DNA of 64,000 nt from Hemiscyllium ocellatum (Eukaryota). Numbering within the stretch: position 1 is the stretch's first letter; each line of letters starts with the position of its first letter. Under the pieces are notes generated by a model. The model saw only the letters and a list, made by a program, of their open reading frames with translations, had not been told where the DNA came from and ran no database searches. Positions 1 through 13,809 of this stretch are shown here, in pieces. The stretch lies in contig NW_026869102.1 of assembly GCF_020745735.1 (NCBI RefSeq), forward strand, positions 367 to 64,366. Reading direction: 5' to 3'. The translations under genes and the position numbers were made by a program.

Positions 1-3000
1 CCCCCTCCCTATCTCCGTCACCCCCTACACCCCCTCCCTATCACCGTAACCCCCTCCCTATCACCGTAACCCCCTACACCCCCTCCCTATCACCGTAACC
101 TCCTCCCTATCACCGTAACCCCCTACACCCCCTCCCTATCTCCGTCACCCCCTACACCCCCTCCCTATCACCGTAACCCCCTACACCCCCTCCCCATCAC
201 CGTAACCCCCTACACCCCCTCCCCATCACCGTAACCCCCCTACACCCCCTCCCCATAACCCCCCTACACCCCCTCCCTATCTCCGTAACCCCCTCCCTAT
301 CACCGTAACCCCCTACACCCCCTCCCTATCACCGTAACCCCCCTACACCCCCTCCCTATCACCATCACCATCACCCCCTACACCCCCTCCCTATCACCAT
401 CACCATCACCCCCTACACCCCCTCCCTATCACCGTAAACCCCTCCCTATCACCATCACCCCCTACACCCCCTCCCTATCACCGTAAACCCCTCCCTATCA
501 CCATCACCCCTACACCCCCTCCCTATCACCATAATCCCATACACGCCCTCTGTACCCTCCCTACATCCCCCATTTCCGTCACCCCCTACACCCCCTCCCT
601 ATCACCGTAACCCCCTCCCTATCACCGTAACCACCTACACCCCCTCCCTATCTCCGTCACCCCCTCCCTATCTCCGTCACCCCCTCGACCCCCTATCTCC
701 GTCACCCCCTACACCCCCTCCCTATCTCCGTCACCCCCTCGACCCCCTCCCTATCTCCGTCACCCCCTCGACCCCCTCCCTATCTCCGTCACCCCCTCGA
801 CCCCCTCCCTATCACCGTAACCCCCCTACACCCCCTCCCTATCACCGTAACCCCCCTACACCCCCTCCCTATCACCGTAACCCCCCTACACCCCCTCCCT
901 ATCACCGTAACCCCCCTACACCCCCTCCCTATCACCGTAACCCCCCTACACCCCCTCCCTATCACCGTAACCCCCCTACACCCCCTCCCTATCACCGTAA
1001 CCCCCCTACACCCCCTCCCTATCACCATCACCATCACCCCCTACACCCCCTCCCTATCACCGTAAACCCCTCCCTATCACCGTCACCCCCTACACCCCCT
1101 CCCTATCACCGTAAACCCCTCCCTATCTCCGTCACCCCCTACTCCCCCTCCCTATCTCCGTCACCCCCTCGACCCCCTCCCTATCTCCGTCACCCCCTCG
1201 ACCCCCTCCCTATCTCCGTCACCCCCTCGACCCCCTCCCTATCTCCGTCACCCCCTCGACCCCCTATCTCCGTCACCCCCTACACCCCCTCCCTATCACC
1301 GTAACCCCCTACACCCCCTCCCTATCACCGTAACCCCCCTACACCCCCTCCCTATCTCCGTCACCCCCTCGACCCCCTATCTCCGTCACCCCCTACACCC
1401 CCTCCCTATCACCGTAACCCCCTACACCCCCTCCCTATCACCGTAACCCCCCTACACCCCCTCCCTATCACCGTAACCCCCCTACACCCCCTCCCTATCA
1501 CCGTAACCCCCCTACACCCCCTCCCTATCACCGTAACCCCCCTACACCCCCTCCCTATCACCGTAACCCCCCTACACCCCTCCCTATCACCATCACCCCT
1601 ACACCCCCTCCCTATCACCATCACCATCACCCCCTACACCCCCTCCCTATCACCGTAAACCCCTCCCTATCACCATCACCCCCTACACCCCCTCCCTATC
1701 ACCATAATCCCATACACGCCCTCTGTACCCTCCCTACACCCCCCATTTCCGTCACCCCCTACACCCCCTCCCTATCGCCGTCACCCCCTACACCCCCTCC
1801 CTATCACCGTCACCCCCCTGCACCCCCTCCCTATCACCGTCACCCCCTACACCCCCTCCCTATCACCATCACCATCACCCCCTACACCCCCTCCCTATCA
1901 CCGTAAACCCCTCCCTATCACCGTCACCCCCCTGCACCCCCTCCCTATCACCGTCACCCCTACACCCCCTCCCTATCACCATCACCATCACCCCCTACAC
2001 CCCCTCCCTATCACCGTAAACCCCTCCCTATCTCCGTCACCCCCTCGACCCCCTCCCTATCTCCGTCACCCCCTCGACCCCCTCCCTATCTCCGTCACCC
2101 CCTCGACCCCCTCCCTATCTCCGTCACCCCCTCGACCCCCTATCTCCGTCACCCCCTACACCCCCTCCCTATCACCGTAACCCCCTACACCCCCTCCCTA
2201 TCACCGTAACCCCCTACACCCCCTCCCTATCACCGTAACCCCCCTACACCCCCTCCCTATCACCGTAACCCCCCTACACCCCCTCCCTATCACCATCACC
2301 ATCACCCCCTACACCCCCTCCCTATCACCGTAAACCCCTCCCTATCACCGTCACCCCCTACACCCCCTCCCTATCCCTGTAACCCCCTACACCCCCTCCC
2401 TATCACCGTAACCCCCTACACCCCTCCCTATCACCATCACCCCCTACACCCCCTCCCTATCACCATAATCCCATACACGCCCTCTGTACCCTCCCTACAC
2501 CCCCCATTTCCATCACCCCCTACACCCCCTCCCTATCTCCGTCACCCCCTCCCTATCTCCGTCACCCCCTCCCTATCTCCGTCACCCACTACTCCCCCTC
2601 CCTATCACCGTAACCCCCCTACACCCCCTCCCTATCACCGTAACCCCCCTACACCCCCTCCCTATCACCGTAACCCTCTCCCTATCACCGTAACCCCCTA
2701 CACCTCCTCCCTATCACCGTAACCCCCCCTACACCCCCTCCCTATCAACGTAACCCCCATACACCCCCTCCCTATCAACGTAACCCCCATACACCCCCTC
2801 CCTATCTCCGTCACCCCATACACCCCCTCCCTATCTCCGTCACCCCCTACTCCCCCTCCCTATCTCCGTCACCCCCTACTCCCCCTCCCTATCCCTGTAA
2901 CCCCCTACACCCCCTCCCTATCACCGTAACCCCCTACACCCCCTCCCTATCTCCGTCACCCCTTCCCTATCTCCGTCACCCCCTACTCCCCCTCCCTATC

Positions 3001-6000
3001 TCCGTCACCCCCTAGACCCCCTCCCTATCTCCGTCACCCCTAGACCCCCTCCCTATCTCCGTCACCCCTAGACCCCCTCCCTATCTCCGTCACCCCCTAG
3101 ACCCCCTCCCTATCTCCGTCACCCCCTACACCCCCTCCCTATCACCGTAACCCCCTACACCCCCTCCCTATCTCCGTCACCCCTTCCCTATCTCTGTCAC
3201 CCCCTACACCCCCTCCCTATCACCGTCGCCCCCTACACCCTCTCCCTATCACCGTAACCCCCTCCCTATCACCGTCACCCCCTCCCTATCACCGTCACGC
3301 CCTACACCCCCTCCCTATCTCCGTCACCCCTAGACCCCCTATCACCGTCACCCCCTAGACCCCCTATCACCGTCGCCCCCTACGCCCCCTCCCTCTCTCT
3401 GTAACCCCCTACATCCCCTCCCTGTCCCTGTAACTCCCTACACCCCCTCCCTGTCCCTGTAACCCCTACACCCCCTCCCTGTCCCTGTAACCCCCTACAC
3501 CCCTCCCTGTCCCTGTAACCCCCTACACCCCCTCCCTGTCCCTGTAACCCCCTACACCCCCTCCCTATCACCGTCGCCCCCTACACCCCATCCCTATCTC
3601 CGTCACCCCTTCCCTATCTCCGTCACCCCCTAGACCCCCTCCCTATCTCCGTCACCCCTAGACCCCCTATCTCTGTAACCCCTCTACACCCCCTCTCTAT
3701 CTCTGTAACCCCCTACACCCCCTCCCTATCACCGTCACCCCTACACCCCCTCCCTATTACCGTAACACCCTACACCCCCTCCCTATTACCGTAACCCCCT
3801 CCCTATCACCGTCACCCCCTACACCCCCTCCCTATCACCGTAGCCCCCTCCCTATCACCGTCACCCCCTACACCCCCTCCCTATCTCCGTCACCCCCTAG
3901 ACCCCCTATCACTGTCACCACCTACACCCCCTCCCTATCACCATAACCCCCTAGACCCCCTCCCTATCTCCGTCACCCCCTAGACCCCCTATCACCGTCA
4001 CCCCCTAGACCCCCATCACCGTCGCCCCCTACGCCCCCTCCCTATCTCTGTCGCCCCTACGCCCCCTCCCTCTCTCTGTAACCCCCTACATCCCCTCCCT
4101 GTCTCTGTAACTCCCTACACCCCCTCCCTGTCCCTGTAACCCCCTACACCCCCTCCCTATCCCTGTAACCCCCCCACACCCCCTCCCTATCCCTGTAACC
4201 CCCCCACACCCCCTCCCTGTCCCTGTAACCCCCTACACCCCCTCCCTGTCCCTGTAACCCCCTACACCCCCTCCCTGTCCCTGTAACCCCCTACACCCCC
4301 TCCCTATCCCTGTAACCCCCCTACACCCCCTCCCTATCCCTGTAACCCCCCTACACCCCCTCCCTATCACCGTCGCCCCCTACACCCCCTCCCTATCTCC
4401 GTCACCCCTTCCCTATCTCCGTCATCCCCTAGACCCCCTCCCTATCTCCGTCACCCCTAGACCCCCTATCTCTGTAACCCCTCTACACCCCCTCCCTATC
4501 TCTGTAACCCCCTACACCCCCTCCCTATCACCGTCACCCCCTCCCTATCTCCGTCATCCCCTAGACCCCCTCCCTATCTCCGTCACCCCTAGACCCCCTA
4601 TCTCTGTAACCCCTCTACACCCCCTCCCTATCTCTGTAACCCCCTACACCCCCTCCCTATTACCGTAACCCCCTACACCCCCTCCCTATTACCGTAACCC
4701 CCTCCCTATCTCTGTAACCCCCTACACCCCCTCCCTATCCCTGTAACCCCCTACACCCCCTCCCTATCACCGTCGCCCCCTACACCCCCTCCCTATCTCC
4801 GTCACCCCTTCCCTATCTCCGTCATCCCCTAGACCCCCTCCCTATCTCCGTCACCCCCTAGACCCCCTATCTCTGTAACCCCTCTACACCCCCTCCCTAT
4901 TACCGTAACCCCCTACACCCCCTCCCTATCACCGTCACCCCCTACACCCCCTCCCTATCACCGTCACCCCCTCCCTATCACCGTCGCCCCCTACACCCCT
5001 TATCACCGTAACCCCCTACACCCCCTCCCTATCACCGTAACCCCCTCCCTATCACCGTCACCCCCTACACCCCCTCCCTATCTCCGTCACCCCCTAGACC
5101 CCCTATCACTGTCACCACCTACACCCCCTCCCTATCACCGTAACCCCCTAGACCCCCTCCCTATCTCCGTCACCCCCTAGACCCCCTCCCTATCTCCGTC
5201 ACCCCCTAGACCCCCTATCACCGTCGCCCCCTACGCCCCCTCCCTATCTCTGTCGCCCCCTACGCCCCCTCCCTCTCTCTGTAACCCCCTACATCCCCTC
5301 CCTGTCTCTGTAACTCCCTACACACCCTCCCTATCCCTGTAACCCCCTACACCCCCTCCCTATCCCTGTAACCCCCCTACACCCCCTCCCTATCCCTGTA
5401 ACCCCCCTACACCCCCTCCCTATCCCTGTAAACCCCTACACCCCCTCCCTATCCCTGTAACCCCCTACACCCCCTCCCTATCCCTGTAACCCCCCTACAC
5501 CCCCTCCCTATCCCTGTAACCCCCCTACACCCCCTCCCTATCCCTGTAACCCCCTACACCCCCTCCCTATCACCGTCACCCCCTACACCCCCTCCCTATC
5601 CCTGTAACCCCCTACACCCCCTCCCTATCACCGTCACCCCCTACACCCCCTCCCTATCCCTGTAACCCCCCTACACCCCCTCCCTATCCCTGTAACCCCC
5701 TACACCCCCTCCCTATCACCGTCACCCCCTACACCCCCTCCCTATCACCGTAACCCCCTCCCTATCACCGTCACCCCCTACACCCCCTCCCTATCTCCGT
5801 CACCCCCTACACCCCCTATCACCGTCACCCCCTAGACCCCCTATCACCGTCGCCCCCTACGCCCCCTCCCTATCTCTGTCGCCCCCTACGCCCCCTCCCT
5901 CTCTCTGTAACCCCCTACATCCCCTCCCTGTCTCTGTAACTCCCTACACCCCCTCCCTGTCCCTGTAACCCCCCCCACCCCCCCTCCCTGTCCCTGTAAC

Positions 6001-6365
6001 CCCCCCCCACCCCCCCTCCCTGTCCCTGTAACCCCCCCACACCCCCTCCCTGTCCCTGTAACCCCCTACACCCCCTCCCTATCCCTGTAACCCCCCCACA
6101 CCCCCTCCCTATCCCTGTAACCCCCCCACACCCCCTCCCTATCCCTGTAACCCCCCCACACCCCCTCCCTATCCCTGTAACCCCCCCACACCCCCTCCCT
6201 GTCCCTGTAACTCCCTACACCCCCTCCCTGTCCCTGTAACCCCCCCACACCCCCTCCCTGTCCCTGTAACCCCCTACACCCCCTCCCTATCTCTGTAACC
6301 CCCCCACACCCCCTCCCTGTCCCTGTAACCCCCTACACCCCCTCCCTATCCCTGTAACCCCCCAC
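1..6365. repeat. C-rich satellite with a 29-30 bp unit and higher-order substructure
   Basis: The basic unit is cccccctacaccccctccctatcaccgtaa with variants tctccgtca, ccctgtaa and cgacc. At 820-1020 there are exact 30 bp periods. Longer blocks recur, for example ataatcccatacacgccctctgtaccctccc at about 528, 1704 and 2463. The ORF-track ORFs here simply read through the repeats. Confidence 0.9.
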
Positions 6366-7059
6366 AATCCTTTGGCATCTCTGCGACATCCAATTCCGGC
6401 CTCTCAAGTATTTCCTGGTTTCCATGGCACCACCCGTGGGGCGGCTGTGCCTTTAGTTGCCTGTGGAGCCAAGTTCGAGAACTACCTCCCGAACCTCACA
6501 CCCCCCCCCGACCCCCGACCCTCACCCCCCCTCCCCCAAACCCAACTCTGAGCTATCTCACAGAGCCCTCGGCTGCTCGGTACGTTGTCTGATCTTACGC
6601 AGCCTGGAGATGGGAATCTGGGAAATGCTGTGTCACTGCTTTTCAGTGTTTGCCAAAAACAAACACATCGGGGTGGGGCACACACACAGAGGGGTAAGTC
6701 AGGCTCTCAACTCGTCCCAGTGTCTCCCACAGGGCCCCGTATGTCAGGCCTGGTCTTCATCAAATTTTAACTGGAATTCTCTGGCACAGACAGCAGGCAA
6801 AGCCAAAGCAACATTCACCAAAAGAACGGCAGATGCTGTAAATCAGAACCAGCGACAGGAATCACTGGGAAAGCTCATTGGCAGCATCTGTCAAGGGATC
6901 TCAGAGGTGACAGCTCTGAGGAAGGGTCACCCGGCTGGAAATGTTAACTCCAATTTCTCTGCACAGTGTACTGCCAGACCCGCTGAGATTTTCCAGTGAT
7001 TCCTGTTTCCAGCAAAAAAAATATTAACTGCTGACAAGGAGAAGTGAGATATGGTTCTT

Positions 7060-7545
7060 CAGACAAGAGTGGGGTGTGTGTGTGAGTGTGAGAGAGAGTG
7101 TGTGTGAGAGAGTGTGTGTGAGAGTGAGTGTGTGTATGTGAGAGTGAGTGTATGTGAGAGGGTGTGTGTGTGTGAGTGAGTGTATGTGAGAGTGAGTGTA
7201 TGTGAGAGTGAGTGTATGTGAGAGTGAGTGTATGTGAGAGTGAGTATATGAGAGGGTGTGTGTGTGTGTGAGAGTGAGTGTGTGTGAGAGAGAGTGAGTG
7301 TATATGAGAGGGTGTGTGTGTGAGAGAGAGTGAGTGTATATGAGAGGGTGTGTGTGTGAGAGAGAGTGAGTGTATATGAGAGGGCGTGTGTGTGAGTGTA
7401 TATGAGAGGGCGTGTATGTGAGAGAGTGGGTGTGTGTGTGAGTGAGTGTATATGAGAGGGTGTGTGTGTGTGAGAGTGAGTGTATGTGAGAGGGTGTGTG
7501 TGAGTGAGTGTATATGAGAGGGTGTGTGTGAGTGTGTTTTGAGGT
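7060..7545. repeat. GT/GA-rich simple repeat (gtgtgagagtgagtgtat-like units)
   Basis: Read directly from the sequence. It gives rise to the long artefactual HT/LS-rich ORFs at 7024-7949. Confidence 0.8.
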
Positions 7546-9404
7546 GTAGGGGGAGAGGAAAGTGGGAACAGGAAACTCTTGCTGAACCCTGACTGGACTG
7601 GAATGGTAGGGCAGGCTTGAGGGGCGGAATGGTCCCACAACAAACGCAGAAAGTGCTGGAGAAACTTTAGCGGGTGGGGCGGGGGAGACAAACAACTTTC
7701 TCCGTCAGCACAAAACTCCTCTTGGTCGGTGGGTGGGCGTGGGGGAACCGCTTTAGTTTCGCACTGATTTTTCAAGGGAGGAGGCCGAGACTCGCCCACC
7801 CAAGGCTCAGACACACTCTCTCTCTGCGAGGGTCGGTGTGTTCTGTCCCCAGGAGGGACTGCAAGGTGGGATTTGTGTGTGGGTTGGGTGGGGTGGGGAG
7901 GGGGGAAAGTTGGGGTCGGGGGGGGATCTCTCCCGCACAGATTACTCACAGAATAGTTTCCAAGCGGACGTTGCGACCTTTTCCTGTCGACTGTGTGCGC
8001 ATGCTTGGCATCGGTTCAAATCCTGAGGCTGAAATATCAAACACGAGTCACTTAAACATCCCCCACCCCACCTTCTCCCCTCCCCCCCCATACACCCTCG
8101 CATCACCCCCCCGCCCAGACAAAATCCCCACTCAGTTTGCTGAGGGCGACCCACCCCCGCGGAACTCCGACCTTTTCCTGTTGACCTGGGCTCGCTTTCT
8201 CCCCTCAGCTGGGGGGTTACCAATGGCGGCAGGGGCTTCCCAGAATGCAGCGGGCGCCTGAAGGTCCCCCATCTCCGAGACTGCACTGCTTGGAGTGGGG
8301 GAGGACAGAAAGGGGGGGGGGGGGGGGGGGGGCTGGTGTGTGGTGGGGATGGGGAAGGGAAGGGGACTTTGGTGCACCTTCGCTGCAGCCAATGCATCCA
8401 GTGTTGGGGGGTGGATGAGGGAGGCCGTTCAGCCCGTCTCTCCCTTCCCTTCCTATCCCATCCAGGTGGGTGGGCCACCGTGATGCCATTTCCCCTCACT
8501 GCTCCCAAGCCCCTTACCCACCTCCGCCCCCCTACTTCAGAGGGTGGTCACTGCACCGTCACGGTGCCCGTTCCGCCCGTCACCCGTGGAGCTGACCCTC
8601 CGAGGGAGCGACTCCCACCCCTCCCTCCCTCTCTCTCCCACCCCCCCTTCCAGGCCAGGGTTCAGTTCCCTCCCTGACCTCTGCCCGGTCCCTCAGCGCC
8701 TCCTTCAGCCCTTTCAGAGGACAGGCGGGGAAATCGAGGGAGGTCACTCGTGGGCCAGGCCTGGTGAACGGAGTGGCGTCGGGGGGGGGAAGGGGGGCAG
8801 TTCGCCTTCCCTGAAGAGGACACTGGGGATTCGAACCAGTACCGTTGCCACGGTCCTGAGACTTGCTTTCGTAGCATGGAAACAGACCCTTCAGCCCAAC
8901 CAGTCCATGCTGTGCATAAACCCGTCCCACCTCCAAACTTCATGGACGAACCTCAGCTTTGTTTCCAACATTGTAACGGTGCTCACTCGTTTTGTTAACT
9001 CACTCCCAGGCTGTGGGTGTCGATGGCTAAACCAGCATTTATTGCCCATCCCTAATTGCCCCAGAGGGGCATCGCTGTGGGTCTGGAGTCACGCGTAGGC
9101 CAGACCAGGAGAGGACATCAGTTTCTTTCCCTGAGGGACATGAGTGAACTCGATGGGCTTCCCTGACAATCGACTCATGATCATCACTAGATTCCTAATT
9201 CTTTTGGATTCAAATTCCAGCTTCCTGCTGTGCCAGGACTGGAACCCTGGGACATGACGTGGGTGAACAGACCGACAACGAAGCCACTGGACCCTCACCT
9301 CCCTCACACCCACCACCTCCTCCAGAAGCTCATTCACACACAAACCACCCTCTGTCTAAAAGATTCATCCTCAGGTCTTCTCGTTTTCACAAACTTTCTC
9401 CTTT

Positions 9405-9960
9405 CACAGAGTCACAGAGATGTACAGCACGGAACACAGACCCTTCAGTCCGACCTGTCCGTGCTGACCCAGTTATCCCAACCCAATCCATTCCCACCTG
9501 CCAGCACCCGGCCTCTATCCCTCCAAACCCTTCCTATTCCTATACCCACCCAAACGCCCCTTAAATGTTGCAGTTGTACCAGCCTCCACCACTTCCTCTG
9601 GCAGCACATTCCATACACGTACAACCCTCTGGGTGAAAAAATTACCCCTTAGGTCCCTTTTATATCTTTCCCCTCTCACCCTAAACCTATGCCCCTCTAG
9701 TTCTGGACTCCCTGACCCTAGGGAACAGACTTTGCCAATTTACCCTATCCATGCCCCTCATGATTTTGTAAACCTCTATAAGGTCACCCCTCAGCCTCTG
9801 ACACTCCAGGGAAAACAGCCCCAGCCTGTTCAGCCTCTCCCTGTAGCTCAGATCCTCCAATCCTGGGAACATCCTTGTAAATCTTTTCTGAACCCTTTCA
9901 AGTTTCACAACACCTTTCCGACAGGGAGGAGACCAGAATTACACGCAATATTCCAACAGT
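9405..9960 (-). mobile_element. L2/CR1-clade LINE 3' end (RT C-terminus plus 3' tail)
   Basis: Minus ORF 9687..9908 encodes ...LGLFSLECQRLRGDLIEVYKIMRG..., the conserved C-terminal end of L2/CR1 ORF2. The tail motif tacagcacggaac/aacagacccttc..gtcc is shared with many other copies in this window. Confidence 0.7.
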
Positions 9961-10534
9961 GGCCTAACCAATGTCCTGTACAGCCACAACATGACCTCCC
10001 AACTCATGTACTCAATACTCTGACCCACCTTAAAATGTTTCCCTTAGTCTTGAAGTCCCCCACCCTGGGTGAAAGACAACTACCATGAACACGACCTCTG
10101 CCAGTTATTATTTTATCGACTTCTCTAAGGTCACCCACAACTTCCTATATTCCAGTGCATAAAGTCCCAGCCTTTATTTATAGCTCCAACCCTCCATTTG
10201 TGGTAACATGCTGGTAAATCTCGCCTGAACCCTTTGGAGTTTGACAAACACCTTCCCATAACAGGGTGACCCAGAACGGGACACAGTACTCCTGAAGCTC
10301 AGTTGTAGATTTTATTCACGGAGTTGAAATTCCATTGGGCTGCTGGGATGAGATTTGAGCCGGTGTCCCCACCAGCGATAGCCTGACCCCACCCTGGACT
10401 GCAAATCGAGTGACCCGAACACTGTGTCAGCGTCTCCCTCCGATGGAACACACCTCCCTCACGCTGTCAGGAAGCACATTTCAGATACCTGCGTCCCCAT
10501 CGCTCCTTTCCCTGATCACCTCCCCTCACTTTAA

Positions 10535-10860
10535 GGTGGCCCAGTGGTTAGCACTGCTGCCTCACAGCACCAGGGACCTGGGTTCAATTCCCGCCTCAGG
10601 TGACTCGCTGTGTGGAGTTTGCACATTCTCCCCGTGTCTGCGTGGGTTTCCCGCGGGTGCTCCGGTTTCCTCCCACAGTCCAAAGATGTGCAGGTCGGGT
10701 GAATGGGCCGTGCTAAATTACCCATCGTGTTAGGTACATTAGTCAGAGGGAAATATCGGGTAGGATACTGGGTCTGGGTGGGTTACTCTTTGCAGGGTCA
10801 GTGTGGACTTGTTGGGCTGAAGGGCCAGTTTCCACACTGTAGGGAATCTCATCTAATCTA
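10535..10860 (+). mobile_element. tRNA-derived SINE (elasmobranch HE1-like)
   Basis: The tRNA-like head is ggtggcccagtggttagcactgctgcctcacagcaccagggacctgggttcaattcc. The conserved body is gtgtggagtttgcacattctccccgtgtctgcgtgggtttcc. The L2-like tail is ggacttgttgggc.gaagggcc.gtttccacactgta. Confidence 0.75.
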
Positions 10861-11694
10861 AACCTCCCTATCCCTCTGCTAAGTGTGGACACTTTCTCCC
10901 TCACCCTACTCCCTCCACATTGTGATTTTTCACCCGCACCCCTCCTCGATCAGATCTTCTCCAGGGGTTGGGGGGGGGTGTTGGGGTGCAGATCCCGGTG
11001 TTTCCAATCGATCCACATCACTGAAGACTCTCATACCCCAGGGAGGGAGAGGAGGGAGGTGTGGGAGGGACAGCATTCCCAGGAATCTTCTCCCGCCCCT
11101 CTCCACAACCTTGTAAAATTGGGTTTCCCAAGACTGGACACAATTCTCTAGCTGAGGATGAGCCAGTGTTTGACACCCACCCACTCTGTGGCCCTATTTG
11201 TAACCCACATTTAACCGTACCTTTATAAGCACCTTCAGTACTGTATGGTACATGTAGCAGAGGATCAGGTAGGGTAGACACTGAGAGTCTTTTCCCTAGG
11301 ATGATGATGTCAGTGTGTACTAGGGGGGGATAGAAACATACTGAGGGGTGATAGATTAAAGACAGATGTCAGACAGGTTCCTTACTCAGGGAGTGGGAAG
11401 GGTGAGGAATGTCCTACCTGCCACATTAGGGAAATTTAAACAATCCTTGGATAAGCAGATGGACGATGATGGGATAGTGTAGGGACACGGGCGTAGATTA
11501 GTTCCCAGCTCGGGCACAACATCGAGGGCCGAAGGGCCTGTTCTGTGCTGTATTGTTCTCTGGACTGTTCATTAACAGAACTCTGATCAGTAACCAGTCA
11601 GCACAGTCCGACAGGAATGATAACAGTTACTGCACAAGAAAGATTTGTTTGCAAAGGTTGATAACAAAGTGTGTAAACTGGGTGAATAAATTTG

Positions 11695-11707
11695 TCTATC
11701 CATCTTA

Positions 11708-11741
<34 letters not shown>

Positions 11742-11774
11742 GTCTCTCTCTCTCTCACACACACACACACAGTG

Positions 11775-11810
<36 letters not shown>

Positions 11811-11820
11811 AGGCTGTCTG

Positions 11821-11851
<31 letters not shown>

Positions 11852-11900
11852 GAGGCTGTCTGTCTCTCTCTCTCTCACACACACACACAGAGGCTGTCTG

Positions 11901-11931
<31 letters not shown>

Positions 11932-11982
11932 GAGGCTGTCTGTCTCTCTCTCTCTCACACACACACACACAGAGGCTGTCTG

Positions 11983-12013
<31 letters not shown>

Positions 12014-12020
12014 GAGGCTG

Positions 12021-12058
<38 letters not shown>

Positions 12059-12086
12059 GCTGTCTCTCTCTCACACACACACAGTG

Positions 12087-12119
<33 letters not shown>

Positions 12120-12240
12120 GAGGCTGTCTCTCTCTCTCTCTCTCACGCACACACATACACACACACACACACACATGCTTTCTGTCTCTCAGACATTCAC
12201 ACACAGTCTCTCTCTCTCACACACACGGTCTCTGTCTCTG

Positions 12241-12276
<36 letters not shown>

Positions 12277-12350
12277 CCACACACAGGCTTTCTCTCTCTC
12301 TCTCTCACGCACACACATACACACACATATGCTTTCTCTCTCTCACACAC
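11695..12350. repeat. compound (CA)n/(CT)n microsatellite with a period of about 60 bp
   Basis: Alternating acacac and ctctct runs separated by agaggctgtctgt. Confidence 0.85.
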
Positions 12351-12469
12351 AAAAAACAGCATCATGTGACCTCTCTGTCAAAAAGTGTTCAAATGTGACA
12401 ATCCAGACCCAGACCAAGCCCAGGCTGTTTCCCTACAAACATGGTATTGTTCCCGCTGTCAGTACCAGA

Positions 12470-12850
12470 TATTCACAGCACAGGGACCTCTACCAGGAGG
12501 TGCAGGATGGACATGGATGTCCAGTCCAGGAGGTTCAGGATGTACATGGATGTCCGGTTCAGGATGTACATGGATGTCCAGTCCAGGAGGTTCAGGATGG
12601 ACATGGATGTCCAGTCCAGGAGGTTCAGGATGTACATGGATGTCCAGTCCAGGATGTCCAGGATGTACATGGATGTCCAGTCCAGGATGTCCAGGATGTA
12701 CATGGATGTCCAGTCCAGGAGGTTCAGGATGGACATGGATGTCCAGTCCAGGAGGTTCAGGATGGACATGGATGTCCAGTCCAGGATGTTCAGGATGTAC
12801 ATGGATGTCCAGTCCAGGAGGTTCAGGATGTACATGGATGTCCAGTCCAG
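12470..12850. repeat. 33-34 bp minisatellite, about 11 copies
   Basis: The unit is caggatgtacatggatgtccagtccaggaggtt. ORFs 12329-12870 are repeat artefacts. Confidence 0.85.
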
Positions 12851-12959
12851 TGAGTGATGTTACTGGTTAATGAGTCTTTGTAACAAGGTTGGGTCTGAAC
12901 ATCCCCAGTTAGGAGAGCGATCGATGTCTGCTTCATGGTCACTGCCACTCGGTGATGCT

Positions 12960-13750
12960 CAGACCCGACGTGGAATCCCGTCTGCACTCACACTCACACT
13001 CACCCCAGCCCGGGCTTTCACACTCACACTCACCGCAGCCCGGACCGGGCGTTCACACTCACCCCAGCCCAGCTCGGGCTTTCACACTCACCCCAGCCCG
13101 GGCTTTCACACTCACACTCACCGCAGCCCGGACCGGGCTTTCACGCTCACCCCAGCGCAGCCCGGACCGGGCTTTCACGCTCACCCCAGCGCAGCCCGGA
13201 CCGGGCTTTCACGCTCACCCCAGCCCGGACCGGGCTTTCACGCTCACCCCAGCCCGGACCGGGCTTTCACGCTCACCCCAGCCCGGACCGGGCTTTCACG
13301 CTCACCCCAGCGCAGCCCGGACCGGGCTTTCACGCTCACCCCAGCCCGGACCGGGCTTTCACGCTCACCCCAGCCCGGACCGGGCTTTCACGCTCACCCC
13401 AGCCCGGACCGGGCTTTCACGCTCACCCCAGCCCGGACCGGGCTTTCACGCTCACACCAGCCCGGACCGGGCTTTCACGCTCACCCCAGCCCAGCCCGGA
13501 CCGGGCTTTCACGCTCACCCCAGCCCGGACCCGGCTTTCACACTCACCCCAGCCCAGCCCGGACCGGGCTTTCACACTCACCCCAGCCCAGCCCGGACCG
13601 GGCTTTCACACTCACACTCACCCCAGCCCGGACCGGCCTTTCACACTCACCCCACCCCAGCCCGGACCGGGCTTTCACACTCACCCCAGCCCGGACCGGC
13701 CTTTCACACTCACCCCACCCCAGCCCGGACCGGGCTTTCACACTCACGCC
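12960..13750. repeat. 30 bp GC-rich minisatellite, about 24 copies
   Basis: The unit is cccggaccgggctttcacgctcaccccagc. Confidence 0.85.
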
Positions 13751-13809
13751 CAGGTCCCGTCCGTCCCCCCCTCCCTGGGGACCTGGGCCGCCTCTGGAAT
13801 TTTAGTTTG

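Noticed and set aside
1-6365. The regular 29-30 bp repeats could be read as a CRISPR array
   Set aside because: The repeats are directly contiguous with no unique spacers, are C-rich with repeat-to-repeat variation, and lie in a vertebrate context. This is a eukaryotic satellite.
7024-8508. ORFs 7024-7949 (HTHS-rich) and neighbouring P-rich ORFs
   Set aside because: They derive from the GT/GA simple repeat and GC-rich low-complexity DNA. They have no start or splice context and no protein-like composition.
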